DNA of 64,000 bases from Candidatus Binatia bacterium (lineage in GTDB: Bacteria > Desulfobacterota > Binatia > Bin18). A program made the position numbers and the translations under genes. Below, piece by piece: positions 39,634 to 48,550 of this stretch (position 1 is the first letter of the stretch; every line of letters starts with the position of its first letter). The notes beneath the pieces are model-generated. The model saw nothing but the letters and a program-made list of their open reading frames with translations. It was not told where the DNA came from and ran no database searches. Location: positions 992,001 to 1,056,000 of the forward strand of contig OY761159.2 in the NCBI GenBank assembly GCA_963664395.2, read 5' to 3'.

Positions 39634-40549
39634 GGTCGGCTTGTTCGTCACGGTCAGCTTCTTTTTATTTGCCAGTGCTCTGCTATGGCTGGCTGGCTCG
39701 CGTTTTTTTCAGTCGGTCGATACCTACACCATTCTCTTTGCAGAGTCGGTCAGTGGACTCTTACCCGGCGCCGCAGTCGAATACCAAGGGGTAACAGTAG
39801 GGAAAGTCGAAACCCTCGGCCTGACCCAGGACGCGCCGCCCCGCGTCCAGGTGACAATTGCGCTCCAGCCAGACACCCCAATCCGACAAGATACGACGGC
39901 TCATCTTATCGGCTCCTTTGTGACCGGCATTCGCTATATCGAATTGGCGGGAGGGTCGAGTGCCGCTCCCGTCTTGGACCCTGGGGCCGTCATTCCAGTG
40001 CAACGCGGGGGACTTGAGGAGTTCCGAGATCGCGCCAGTGCCATTGCTGAGCGCCTGCTGGACACCTTAACCCGCATTGAACAAGGTGTGCTGAGCCAAA
40101 ACAATTTGACCGCAGTCACGGACTTTCTGAGAAATATGTCGCTGCTGACGAAAGACCTGCGCACCTCGCTGGCCGAAGTGTCAACACCGGACACGCGGCT
40201 GGCGTTACGTCAGATGGTCGATAATTTAGCTCAGACTGCCGCCGGTCTGAAAAGCGCCACCGCCGCGATCAACACGATTCGGGAAGAGCTGTTTCAGGAT
40301 GGCAAAGCCATGCTGGTCCAGATTCGAAACACCGCAGAGGTCACCGCCGACCTCGCCAGCGACGTGCGCCGCCTGACCCAACACGTGGACGCGCTTGTGG
40401 TCGATAATCGTCACGAGGTCCGGCAGCTCCTGAGCAATTTGTCACACACCTCGTACGAACTCAGAGAGCTGAGTGTATCCTTACGCACTGACCCGTCTTC
40501 ACTCATCTGGGGGACAACCGTCTCAGCAAAAGAAATTCCCGATCCATGA
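39614..40549 (+). CDS. mlaD: MCE/MlaD family protein with helical extension
   Basis: KVGLFV TM, ESVSGL..GA.V.YQGV.VG.V, VTGIRYIEL.GG, DPSSLIWG. Confidence 0.88.
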   Translation: MGQDRLKVGLFVTVSFFLFASALLWLAGSRFFQSVDTYTILFAESVSGLLPGAAVEYQGVTVGKVETLGLTQDAPPRVQVTIALQPDTPIRQDTTAHLIGSFVTGIRYIELAGGSSAAPVLDPGAVIPVQRGGLEEFRDRASAIAERLLDTLTRIEQGVLSQNNLTAVTDFLRNMSLLTKDLRTSLAEVSTPDTRLALRQMVDNLAQTAAGLKSATAAINTIREELFQDGKAMLVQIRNTAEVTADLASDVRRLTQHVDALVVDNRHEVRQLLSNLSHTSYELRELSVSLRTDPSSLIWGTTVSAKEIPDP

Positions 40550-41168
40550 GGTATCCCAGGCTCTTCTTTCCGATTCTTCTCATTCCAGCCTTGTGCTCGG
40601 CGGGTGTAGCCTCATGCGCTCCAAACAAGAGGTGCAGTATTACGCTTTGACCCTGCCCACGCGCGCCTCTGCCCCGTCCAGTCCGGCACCCATCACGGCG
40701 TCGCTCGTCGTGCGGCCGTTTAGCGCCCAACCGCCGTATAACCGAGACCGTATTGTCTACCGCTCTTCACCCTATGAGTTTGATTTTTATCACTATCACC
40801 GCTGGGTCACGAAACCGGCTGACATGCTCACCGCCCTGACCCGGCGTTCACTGCAACAGTCTGGTCTCTTTACGACGGTCTATCCCACCTCAGACGCCCA
40901 GGCCGATCTGCAACTCGGAGGGGTTATCCGGCAATACGAAGAGGTCGATCAGACGCAAGCCTGGCAAGCGGTTCTGAGTATCGAGGTGTGGCTGTCCCGC
41001 TCCCGGGAGCCGGCCCCCTTCTGGTTCCAGCTCTATACGGCAACCCAGCCGGCGGCGAAGCGCAACCCGGCTGCTGTTGCTGAAGCGATGAGTCGGAATT
41101 TGCAGGATATTCTTGAGCGACTTGCTCACGATCTGGCACGCGAGTTATCAACGAAGCCACCCCCCTGA
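40546..41168 (+). CDS. PqiC-type ABC transport auxiliary lipoprotein (1-nt frameshift in signal peptide near 40585)
   Basis: ATGA coupling to mlaD; MRYPRLFFPILLI joins SLVLGGC lipobox after a one-base shift; IVYR, YHRW..P. Confidence 0.78.
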
Positions 41169-41210
41169 CGATGAGGACACCTGTCAGACGAATAAGGAGG
41201 AAGACGACCT

Positions 41211-42368
41211 ATGGACGCCACCACAGCCCAGATGCCTTTTGAGGGCGTCATTGATGCCGACGGACATATTTTGGAGCCTCCTGACCTGTGGGAGACCTAT
41301 CTTGAATCAAAATATCAAGACCGGGCCTTACGCATACAAACAGATGAGCACGATCTTGAATATTTAGAGATCAACGGCAAGAAGTCAAAGCTGAGTGCCT
41401 ATGGTACGCTGGGTTTTCTGGGCGGTATGGGCAAAAGCGCGGCAGAGACCATTCCGAAGCCCGAACGGACGTATGTCCGGGGTGCCCCCTTTGGCGCGAT
41501 GAATGCCAAAGAACGGGTGCAGCTCATGGATCAGGAGGGCACGGAAAAGGCGATTCTCTACCCCACACTCGGCATTTTATGGGAGGCCGAGTGTGACGAC
41601 GCGAAAATCTCTTCCGCCTATTGCCGAGCGTATAATCAGTGGATTTTAGATTTCTGCTCCGAGAGTGACGGCCGGCTCCTCCCGGTTGCCCATATCTCAC
41701 TGGGCGACGTTGGCGCAGCAGTCCGTGAATTGGAGCGCACGGCGAAGGCCGGAGCAGTTGGGGCTTTTGTCGCGCCGTTTACGATTACCAAAGTGCCGCA
41801 TGGCCATCCCGACCACGATCCCGTCTGGGCCAAGGCCCAAGAGCTGGATATGCCGATTGCCATCCACCCCACGCTTGAGCCGGTTGCGGTTAATCCCCAT
41901 CTGCGTTTTACCCAAATGGGCCATAAGGCCGGCTGGTATTATAACGTCTTTGCCGGCATGGGCACGCAAATGGCATTTACGACCCTTTTTCAATTCGGAA
42001 CGTTTGACCGCTTCCCCAACCTCAAGGTGGTGGTGCTAGAGAGTGGCGCCGGCTGGGTCGGGTTTTGGATTGATCGCATGGACGCGTTTTATAAAGTTCC
42101 AGTCGGCGCCTCGTGTCAGCTCAAAGACATACCGAGCACCTATCTACGCAATCAATGCTGGATCTCGGCAGATCCGGATGAGCGCGCGCTCACTCAGCTC
42201 GTCGATTATATTGGAGCCGACCGGCTCATGTGGGCAACCGACTTCTCTCATCCCGATCACGGCGGCCATTACGTTCAGGAATTACGCGAGATGTTGTCGC
42301 CACTTCCGGAGCCGGTGCAGAAACAAATTGCCGGAGAGAACGTCAGGCGGTTGTACAAGATATACTGA
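41211..42368 (+). CDS. Amidohydrolase_2 family protein
   Basis: IDADGHILEP, LYPT, IHP, LESGAGW, MWATDFSHPD. Confidence 0.9.
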   Translation: MDATTAQMPFEGVIDADGHILEPPDLWETYLESKYQDRALRIQTDEHDLEYLEINGKKSKLSAYGTLGFLGGMGKSAAETIPKPERTYVRGAPFGAMNAKERVQLMDQEGTEKAILYPTLGILWEAECDDAKISSAYCRAYNQWILDFCSESDGRLLPVAHISLGDVGAAVRELERTAKAGAVGAFVAPFTITKVPHGHPDHDPVWAKAQELDMPIAIHPTLEPVAVNPHLRFTQMGHKAGWYYNVFAGMGTQMAFTTLFQFGTFDRFPNLKVVVLESGAGWVGFWIDRMDAFYKVPVGASCQLKDIPSTYLRNQCWISADPDERALTQLVDYIGADRLMWATDFSHPDHGGHYVQELREMLSPLPEPVQKQIAGENVRRLYKIY

Positions 42369-42371
42369 CTC

Positions 42372-42433
42372 GTAGGCGGGCACCTCTTGTGGGTACCCGT
42401 CAGAAAACGGGCGGGCACAAGACCCGCCCCTCC
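42372..42433. repeat. Degenerate inverted REP doublet
   Basis: GTAGGCGGGCACCTCTTGTGGGTACCC on + strand and GGAGGGGCGGGTCTTGTGCCCGCCC on - strand, between convergent genes. Confidence 0.6.
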
Positions 42434-42448
42434 AATGGGGAAGGGTGA

Positions 42449-44377
42449 CTATTCCCCACCCACCGAAAACGCAATCAGGGCGTTGCCCGACATCCCACCC
42501 CACAGGCCGTAGCCGGAATTGACATACAGCATGCCACCCACAATGGTTGGGCCCGGGCCGTCAAAAGAACCGCCCTTCGTCTTGACGCCGTTGGTGCTCT
42601 CATACTCCTGATCGGCGTCGTAGTCCCATACGACATTCCCGCTGTCGGTGGCATAGCCGCGTAGATGTCCGTCAACCGAACCGGAGAACACCACGCCGGG
42701 CAGCGCCGACACGGCTGCCGACTGAGCGGGACTGCATTGGGGCTTCTCTCCACAGCTGACAGGCGGGACATGCCAGCGGCGCTCACCGCTCTCAATGTCA
42801 ATGGCAAACATGCCGCCGCCGACACTCCCGTCCAGGGTCGTGGCCCAGCCCGCGTCGGAATTCTCTACTGTCTTAATTCCGATATCCGACAGCGCCACAT
42901 AGACTTGTTTGGCATCTGCCGCCGAGCCCCACTGAATCCCGCCGATGATGCCGCCTTTTCCAACGCGGTGCTGCCACAGAATCTCACCGTCGCGGTCCGG
43001 GTCTATGGCATGCATCACCCCGGACTTTTGTCCGGCCAGGATCACGCGCCGGCCATTGGGTAAAATGCGCAGAATCGGAGACGAGGCAAAGTCAAGATCC
43101 GGACCGCGCGCCTCAGGGCAATTCATATCATCCTCGGTCTCACAGCCGACATTCCAGGCATCGCCGGCAGTGAACTGTTTCGACCATAAAAATTTCCCGG
43201 TGCGCATATCAAAAGCCCCCACCGCATCGCTCGTCAGGGAGGCCGGGTCCGAATAATTGTCGCCCGTGGTCACATAGATGCGGTTCCGCTCGGGATCGAG
43301 TACTGGTGAAGACCAGATTGAGGCACCGGACGGCCCCCATAACTGTACGCCAATCGCATTCTTACGCACAGGCGCGGGCGGGTCCGGAAGCGTATACCCC
43401 TTCCAGACTTGCGTGCCGTTAAACCGGTTGAGGGCCACCATGGAGCCTCGGAACGTACAGCACTCATAACTGGGATCACCGCCGGCGACTTCTTCAAACG
43501 CGGTGGCCGAAGCATAGATGCGGTTGCCATGCGTTTTGGGGGTAGCCGTAATCCGCGCCAGGGGATGGTCGTCAATTTTGACTTTCCAGATCTGCCTGCC
43601 GGTTTGCGCATCAAGTGCATACAAATTGGCCTCAACGTCCCCAACATAGACGACGTAGCGCTGCGGATTCGTAGCCGGCAGGCTATCGACCACTGGGGTT
43701 GAGCGGACGCCCGCCGTTGTTTTGACCGACCAGTACAGGCAGCCGGTTTTGGCGTCCAGCGCATACACCAGGCCCTTCATCGTTCCGACGAACACCCGGC
43801 CACCAACCACCGTCGGCTGGGAGGTCTGATAATCCATGGGCAAACCAAACACCCATTTGACCTTCAGGTCAGGAACCTGGTCCGCGCTTATGCCGGCGGC
43901 CGCTGCGGATTGGAAGCGGGTGTTGAAATTATCGGCCCCCCAGCCGTTCCACTGCGGAACACCGTCTTCGATAGCAAATGTCCCTGGCGCGTCTTCACAA
44001 AACCCGGCGACCGTCTCGTCTTTGGCGGTGGGCGGCGGGAGCTTCTTGCCGGTCATCCACTCCGCTAAGGCGCGCCGCTCTCGATTGGTCCGGGTCATGC
44101 CCTGGAATTGCATCTTGCCGAGTTCCAAAGAATTCAAGACCATCAAGGCGGGCAGGCGCTGAATAATGTTACGGTGCGGTGCGCGTTTGACTTGGCCCTC
44201 GTGGCAGCGCGCGCAGTGCGCCTGGTAGAGCGCTTCGCCGTCAGTTCCCCCTTCGGTTGGCGAGAAGGCCCAACTCGGTGCAATACTCATACCCAAGACA
44301 CAGGCAATACCCGCAATGGCTTGGACCGTGACTCGTATGTTTTGGCGTGCAGACCCGATAAACGCTGGGACAGACAT
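42449..44377 (-). CDS. Quinohemoprotein dehydrogenase, PVA-dehydrogenase-like (cytochrome c + PQQ propeller), copy A
   Basis: Signal peptide, CARCH, GKM axial Met, WNGWG, YECCTFRG, SGASIWSSP, TGDNY, GPDLDF, AGQKSG, YVNSGY; AGGAGG RBS supports start 44377. Confidence 0.9.
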   Translation of the reverse strand: MSVPAFIGSARQNIRVTVQAIAGIACVLGMSIAPSWAFSPTEGGTDGEALYQAHCARCHEGQVKRAPHRNIIQRLPALMVLNSLELGKMQFQGMTRTNRERRALAEWMTGKKLPPPTAKDETVAGFCEDAPGTFAIEDGVPQWNGWGADNFNTRFQSAAAAGISADQVPDLKVKWVFGLPMDYQTSQPTVVGGRVFVGTMKGLVYALDAKTGCLYWSVKTTAGVRSTPVVDSLPATNPQRYVVYVGDVEANLYALDAQTGRQIWKVKIDDHPLARITATPKTHGNRIYASATAFEEVAGGDPSYECCTFRGSMVALNRFNGTQVWKGYTLPDPPAPVRKNAIGVQLWGPSGASIWSSPVLDPERNRIYVTTGDNYSDPASLTSDAVGAFDMRTGKFLWSKQFTAGDAWNVGCETEDDMNCPEARGPDLDFASSPILRILPNGRRVILAGQKSGVMHAIDPDRDGEILWQHRVGKGGIIGGIQWGSAADAKQVYVALSDIGIKTVENSDAGWATTLDGSVGGGMFAIDIESGERRWHVPPVSCGEKPQCSPAQSAAVSALPGVVFSGSVDGHLRGYATDSGNVVWDYDADQEYESTNGVKTKGGSFDGPGPTIVGGMLYVNSGYGLWGGMSGNALIAFSVGGE

Positions 44378-44408
44378 ACCCTGACCTCCTTTTTCCGCTG
44401 TCCTCCCT

Positions 44409-44442
44409 TTTTGCCCTGGAGAAGCGTTTTGTGTCAAACCCC
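44409..44442 (-). promoter_or_regulatory. Putative promoter of copy A (shared with copy B)
   Basis: GGGGTTTGACACAAAAC; TTGACA-N17-GCAAAA. Confidence 0.55.
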
Positions 44443-44456
44443 TCCAACGTTCAGAC

Positions 44457-44491
44457 AAAAAAGGGTCGCCCACAGGGGCGACCCTTTTTTT
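44457..44491. terminator. Bidirectional intrinsic terminator after copy B
   Basis: AAAAAAGGGTCGCCC-ACAG-GGGCGACCCTTTTTTT. Confidence 0.88.
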
Positions 44492-44515
44492 CGTTTCCTC
44501 AGGCGCAAGAGCCAA

Positions 44516-46438
44516 CTACTCACCATTCACCGAGAAGGCAATCAAGGCATTTCCTGATGTGCCTCCCCAAAAACCATAGCCGGAATTGACGTACATCATG
44601 CCACCCACAATCGTTGGGCCAGGGCCATCAAACGACCCCCCTCTCGTCTTTACCCCGTTGGTGCTCTCATATTCCTGGTCTGCGTTGTAATCCCACACGA
44701 CCTCCCCGGTGTCTGTCGCGTAGCCACGCAGATGACCATCGACAGAACCGGAAAACACCACTCCCGGAAGAGCGGAAACCGCAGCAGATTGAGCCGGACT
44801 ACACTTGGGCCGGCCCTCACAGCCGACAGGTGGAACGTACCATTTACGCTCACCGCTTTCGATGTCGAGCGCAAACATGCCGCCACCAACACTGCCGTCC
44901 AGCCGCACCGCCCAGCCCACATCAGAATCCGAAATCGGGACCATACCAATATCTGACAGCGCGACATAAACCTGCTTAGCGTCGGCTGCCGAACCCCACT
45001 GAATTCCACCCGCCAGGCCGCCCTTGCCTACGCGATGTTGCCAGAGAATCTCACCATCGCGATCAGGATCTATGGCGTGCATCACGCCTGACTTTTGCCC
45101 AGCGAGAATGACACGCCGGCCATCAGGCAAAATACGCAGGATCGGCGACGACGCAAAGTCAAGATCCGGACCGCGCGCTTCAGGGCAATTCATATCCTCA
45201 TCCATCTCACAGCCGACATTCCAGGCATCACCCGCAGTGAACTGTTTTGACCACAGCAGCTTACCAGTCCGCATATCGAAGGCAACCACGGCATCGCTCG
45301 TGAGTGAGGCCGGGTCTGAATAATTGTCGCCTGTGGTGGCATAGATCCGGTTACGCTCGGGATCGAGGGCTGGCGAAGACCAGATCGAAGCGCCGGACGG
45401 TCCCCACAGTTGGGTCCCGATCTCATTCTTGCGTATCCGGGCGGGCGGCTCAGGCAGCGTATACCCCGTCCACACTAATTTGCCATTGAACCGGTTGAGC
45501 GCCATCAATTTGCCGCGAAAGGTACAGCACTCATACTGCGGGTCAGCACCCGCGACCTCTTCGAGCGCTGTGGTCGAAACGTAGATGCGGTTGCCGTGCG
45601 TTTTGGGCGTGCCGGTAATGGTGGCCAGGGGATGCGTATCCACGTCCACCTTCCACAATTGCTTACCCGTGCCGGCATCGAGCGCATAGACATTCGCCTC
45701 CGTGTCACCCACATACACCACAGAGCGCGGCGGATTAGTACCCGGCAGGCTATCCACCACCATAGTCGAGCGTACCCCACCAGAGGTCTTGGCCGACCAA
45801 TATAAACAGCCGGTTTTGGCATCAAGCGCATACACCCACCCTTTGACCGAGCCAATAAAAACACGCCCGCCCGCAACGGTCGGCTGGGAGGCCCGGAAAT
45901 CCATGGGCAAACCAAACACCCATTTGACCTTCAGGTCAGAAACCTGGTCGGCACTGATGCCGGCATGCTCCGCGGACTGATAACGGCTATTGAAGCCGTT
46001 AGCCCCCCAGCCATTCCACTGTGGAGCACCGTCTGCAATAGAAAAAATACCTGGCGCCTCCTCACAAAACCCGGCAACCGTCGCCTCTTTATCCGAGGGT
46101 GGCGGGAGCTTCTTCCCCGTGATCCATTCGGACATGGCCCGCTTTTCGCCACTGGTCCGAATCCAACCCTGGACTCGCATCTTCCCGACTTCGAGCGAGT
46201 GCAACACCATTTCTGCGGGCAGTTTTGAGAGGACTTCGCGGTGTGGCGCCCGCTTCACTTGTCCTTCGTGACACTGGGCGCAGTAACGACCATAGAGCTG
46301 CTCGCCATCACTAGCCTGTTCCGACGGCGAGAAGGCCCAACCGGGCGACGCAAGGCAGAGCCCCAGCGCAAGGGTCAACACGCTCGACACGCCGCTCATC
46401 ATAATTTTGCTCGGCCAGGTCCGATATGTTTCGATCAT
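44516..46438 (-). CDS. PVA-dehydrogenase-like quinohemoprotein, copy B
   Basis: CAQCH plus the same PQQ-domain motifs as copy A. Confidence 0.9.
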   Translation of the reverse strand: MIETYRTWPSKIMMSGVSSVLTLALGLCLASPGWAFSPSEQASDGEQLYGRYCAQCHEGQVKRAPHREVLSKLPAEMVLHSLEVGKMRVQGWIRTSGEKRAMSEWITGKKLPPPSDKEATVAGFCEEAPGIFSIADGAPQWNGWGANGFNSRYQSAEHAGISADQVSDLKVKWVFGLPMDFRASQPTVAGGRVFIGSVKGWVYALDAKTGCLYWSAKTSGGVRSTMVVDSLPGTNPPRSVVYVGDTEANVYALDAGTGKQLWKVDVDTHPLATITGTPKTHGNRIYVSTTALEEVAGADPQYECCTFRGKLMALNRFNGKLVWTGYTLPEPPARIRKNEIGTQLWGPSGASIWSSPALDPERNRIYATTGDNYSDPASLTSDAVVAFDMRTGKLLWSKQFTAGDAWNVGCEMDEDMNCPEARGPDLDFASSPILRILPDGRRVILAGQKSGVMHAIDPDRDGEILWQHRVGKGGLAGGIQWGSAADAKQVYVALSDIGMVPISDSDVGWAVRLDGSVGGGMFALDIESGERKWYVPPVGCEGRPKCSPAQSAAVSALPGVVFSGSVDGHLRGYATDTGEVVWDYNADQEYESTNGVKTRGGSFDGPGPTIVGGMMYVNSGYGFWGGTSGNALIAFSVNGE

Positions 46439-46467
46439 AAGTGCACTCCCTCCTTATCTCCTCATTC

Positions 46468-46501
46468 TTTTGCCGCGTGGCAGTGTTCTGTGTCAAACCC
46501 C
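46468..46501 (-). promoter_or_regulatory. Putative promoter of copy B
   Basis: GGGGTTTGACACAGAAC; TTGACA-N17-GCAAAA, same spacing as the copy A motif. Confidence 0.55.
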
Positions 46502-46555
46502 CGTGTCTCTCGCCGGGCTCTTCCGAGAGACATTCTACCCTTCCCGAAGACATAT

Positions 46556-46586
46556 AAAAAAGGGCGGCCGTGGGGCCACCCTTTTC
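46556..46586 (-). terminator. Intrinsic terminator after copy C
   Basis: AAAAAAGGGCGGCC-GTGG-GGCCACCCTTTT hairpin; T tract on the minus strand. Confidence 0.75.
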
Positions 46587-46604
46587 ACCAGACAAGAGCG
46601 CGCG

Positions 46605-48515
46605 TTATTCCCCATCCACCGAAAAGGCGATCAACGCATTCCCTCCCATTCCGCCCTGAAAACCATAGCCCGAATTGACATACACCATCCCGTCGACAAT
46701 GGTCGGTCCCGGACCATCGAACGAGCCCCCGCGCGTCTTGACGCCATTGGTGCTCTCATATTCCTGGTCCGCGTTGTAATCCCACATCACCTCGCCGCTG
46801 TTGGTCGCATAGCCACGCAGATGCCCGTCTATAGATCCGGAGAACACAACCCCAGGAATAGCCGACACGGCGGCGGACTGCGCCGGGCTGCACTGTTTTC
46901 GGTCGCCGCAGCCGGGCGGTGGGATATACCATTTGCGCTCACCCGTCTCAATGTCATATGCAAACATACCGCCACCGACACTACTATCGAGGGTGGTGTC
47001 AAAGCCGATGTCAGAATCCGGCACTGTCGTTACCCCGATATCAGACAGGGCCACGTACACCTGTTTGGCATCCGCCGCCGAACCCCACTGAATACCCCCA
47101 ATCAGGCCGCCCTTGCCAACCCGTTGCTGCCACAGGATTTCTCCCTTCCGGTCCGGGTCAATGGCGTGCATCACGCCGGACTTTTGTCCGGCCAGAATGA
47201 CTCGTCTGCCGTCGGGTAAGATGCGCAGAATGGGGGAAGAGGCAAAGTCAAGATCGGGCCCGCGTGCCTGCGGACAATTGGTATCATCCGTCTGCTCACA
47301 GCCAACATTCCAGGCATCACCGGCGGTGAACTGCTTGGACCACAGAAATTCCCCGGTCCGCAGATCAAAAGCCACTACCGCATCACTCGTCAGGGAAGCC
47401 GGGTCCGAGTAATTGTCACCCGTGGTGACATACATGCTGTTCCGTTCCGGATCGAGCGCCGGCGAAGACCAGATCGAGGCACCCGACGGCCCCCATAACT
47501 GCACGCCAATTGCATTCTTGCGGACCGGTTGTGCGGCATCCAGCGTATACGCCCGCCACACCAGCTTGCCGTTAAAGCGGTTGAGGGCCATCATCTTGCC
47601 GCGAAACGTGCAGCATTCGTAGTTCGGGTCTGCGCCGGCAAGTTCTTCGAGCGCCGTGGTGGACACGTACAGCCGATTGCCGAGCGTTTTCGGCGTGCCG
47701 GTAATCGTGGCCAGGGGATGGTCATCCACGTCCACTTTCCACAGTTGTTTGCCGGTGCGGGCGTCCAGGGCATACATATTCGCCGAGGCATCGCCCACGT
47801 AGACAACATAGCGGGGCGGGTTCGTTCCCGGCAGGCTATCCACCACCATGGTCGAGCGCACGCCGCCGTCCGTTTTCACCGACCAGTACAAACAGCCCGT
47901 CTTGGCATCGAGCGAATAGATACGGCCCTGCAGGGAGCCGACAAAAACCCGGCCACCAACCACCGTCGGCTGAGAGGCCCGGAAATCCATAGGCAAACCA
48001 AACACCCATTTGACCTTGAGCTGCGGCACCTTGTCGGCCGGTATGCCGGCGTTCTCAGCCGACTGGAAGCGACTGTTGGTGTTGTCCACGCCCCAGCCAT
48101 TCCACTGCGGAGCGCCGTCGGCAACAGAAAACTCGCCGGGCGCGTCCTCACAAAATCCGCCAACTGTCTCATCCGTTTCCTTGATTTTCTTGCCGGTGAT
48201 CCATTCGGACAGGGCGCGGCGCTCGGCAATCGTCCGTACCCAACCCTGCATCCGCATCTTACCCACGCTGAGTGAGTGCAACACCAAATTGGCGGGTAGG
48301 CGTGACATGACCTCACGGTGAGGTGCGCGCGCTACCTGGCCCTCGTGGCACTGCTGACAATACTGCTTGTAGAGCTGCTCTGCATCCGGTGCCGGTTGGG
48401 CGCCGGGTTCCATTGCCCAACTCGCCGGGACGCCGCCCAGCAACACCGCAAAGCACAGCGCTCCGCTCAGCCAGGTTATCATTTTTTTTGGCCCTACCCT
48501 GTCCATTGTGCCCAT
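46605..48515 (-). CDS. PVA-dehydrogenase-like quinohemoprotein, copy C
   Basis: CQQCH plus the same PQQ-domain motifs. Confidence 0.9.
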   Translation of the reverse strand: MGTMDRVGPKKMITWLSGALCFAVLLGGVPASWAMEPGAQPAPDAEQLYKQYCQQCHEGQVARAPHREVMSRLPANLVLHSLSVGKMRMQGWVRTIAERRALSEWITGKKIKETDETVGGFCEDAPGEFSVADGAPQWNGWGVDNTNSRFQSAENAGIPADKVPQLKVKWVFGLPMDFRASQPTVVGGRVFVGSLQGRIYSLDAKTGCLYWSVKTDGGVRSTMVVDSLPGTNPPRYVVYVGDASANMYALDARTGKQLWKVDVDDHPLATITGTPKTLGNRLYVSTTALEELAGADPNYECCTFRGKMMALNRFNGKLVWRAYTLDAAQPVRKNAIGVQLWGPSGASIWSSPALDPERNSMYVTTGDNYSDPASLTSDAVVAFDLRTGEFLWSKQFTAGDAWNVGCEQTDDTNCPQARGPDLDFASSPILRILPDGRRVILAGQKSGVMHAIDPDRKGEILWQQRVGKGGLIGGIQWGSAADAKQVYVALSDIGVTTVPDSDIGFDTTLDSSVGGGMFAYDIETGERKWYIPPPGCGDRKQCSPAQSAAVSAIPGVVFSGSIDGHLRGYATNSGEVMWDYNADQEYESTNGVKTRGGSFDGPGPTIVDGMVYVNSGYGFQGGMGGNALIAFSVDGE

Positions 48516-48550
48516 AACACTCCCCCCTGTTCTGTGCTGAAAGAATATAG

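Noticed and set aside
44378-44515. 46-aa N-terminal extension of dehydrogenase copy A in the ORF track
   Set aside because: It runs through a terminator and promoter; the RBS and signal peptide support ATG 44377
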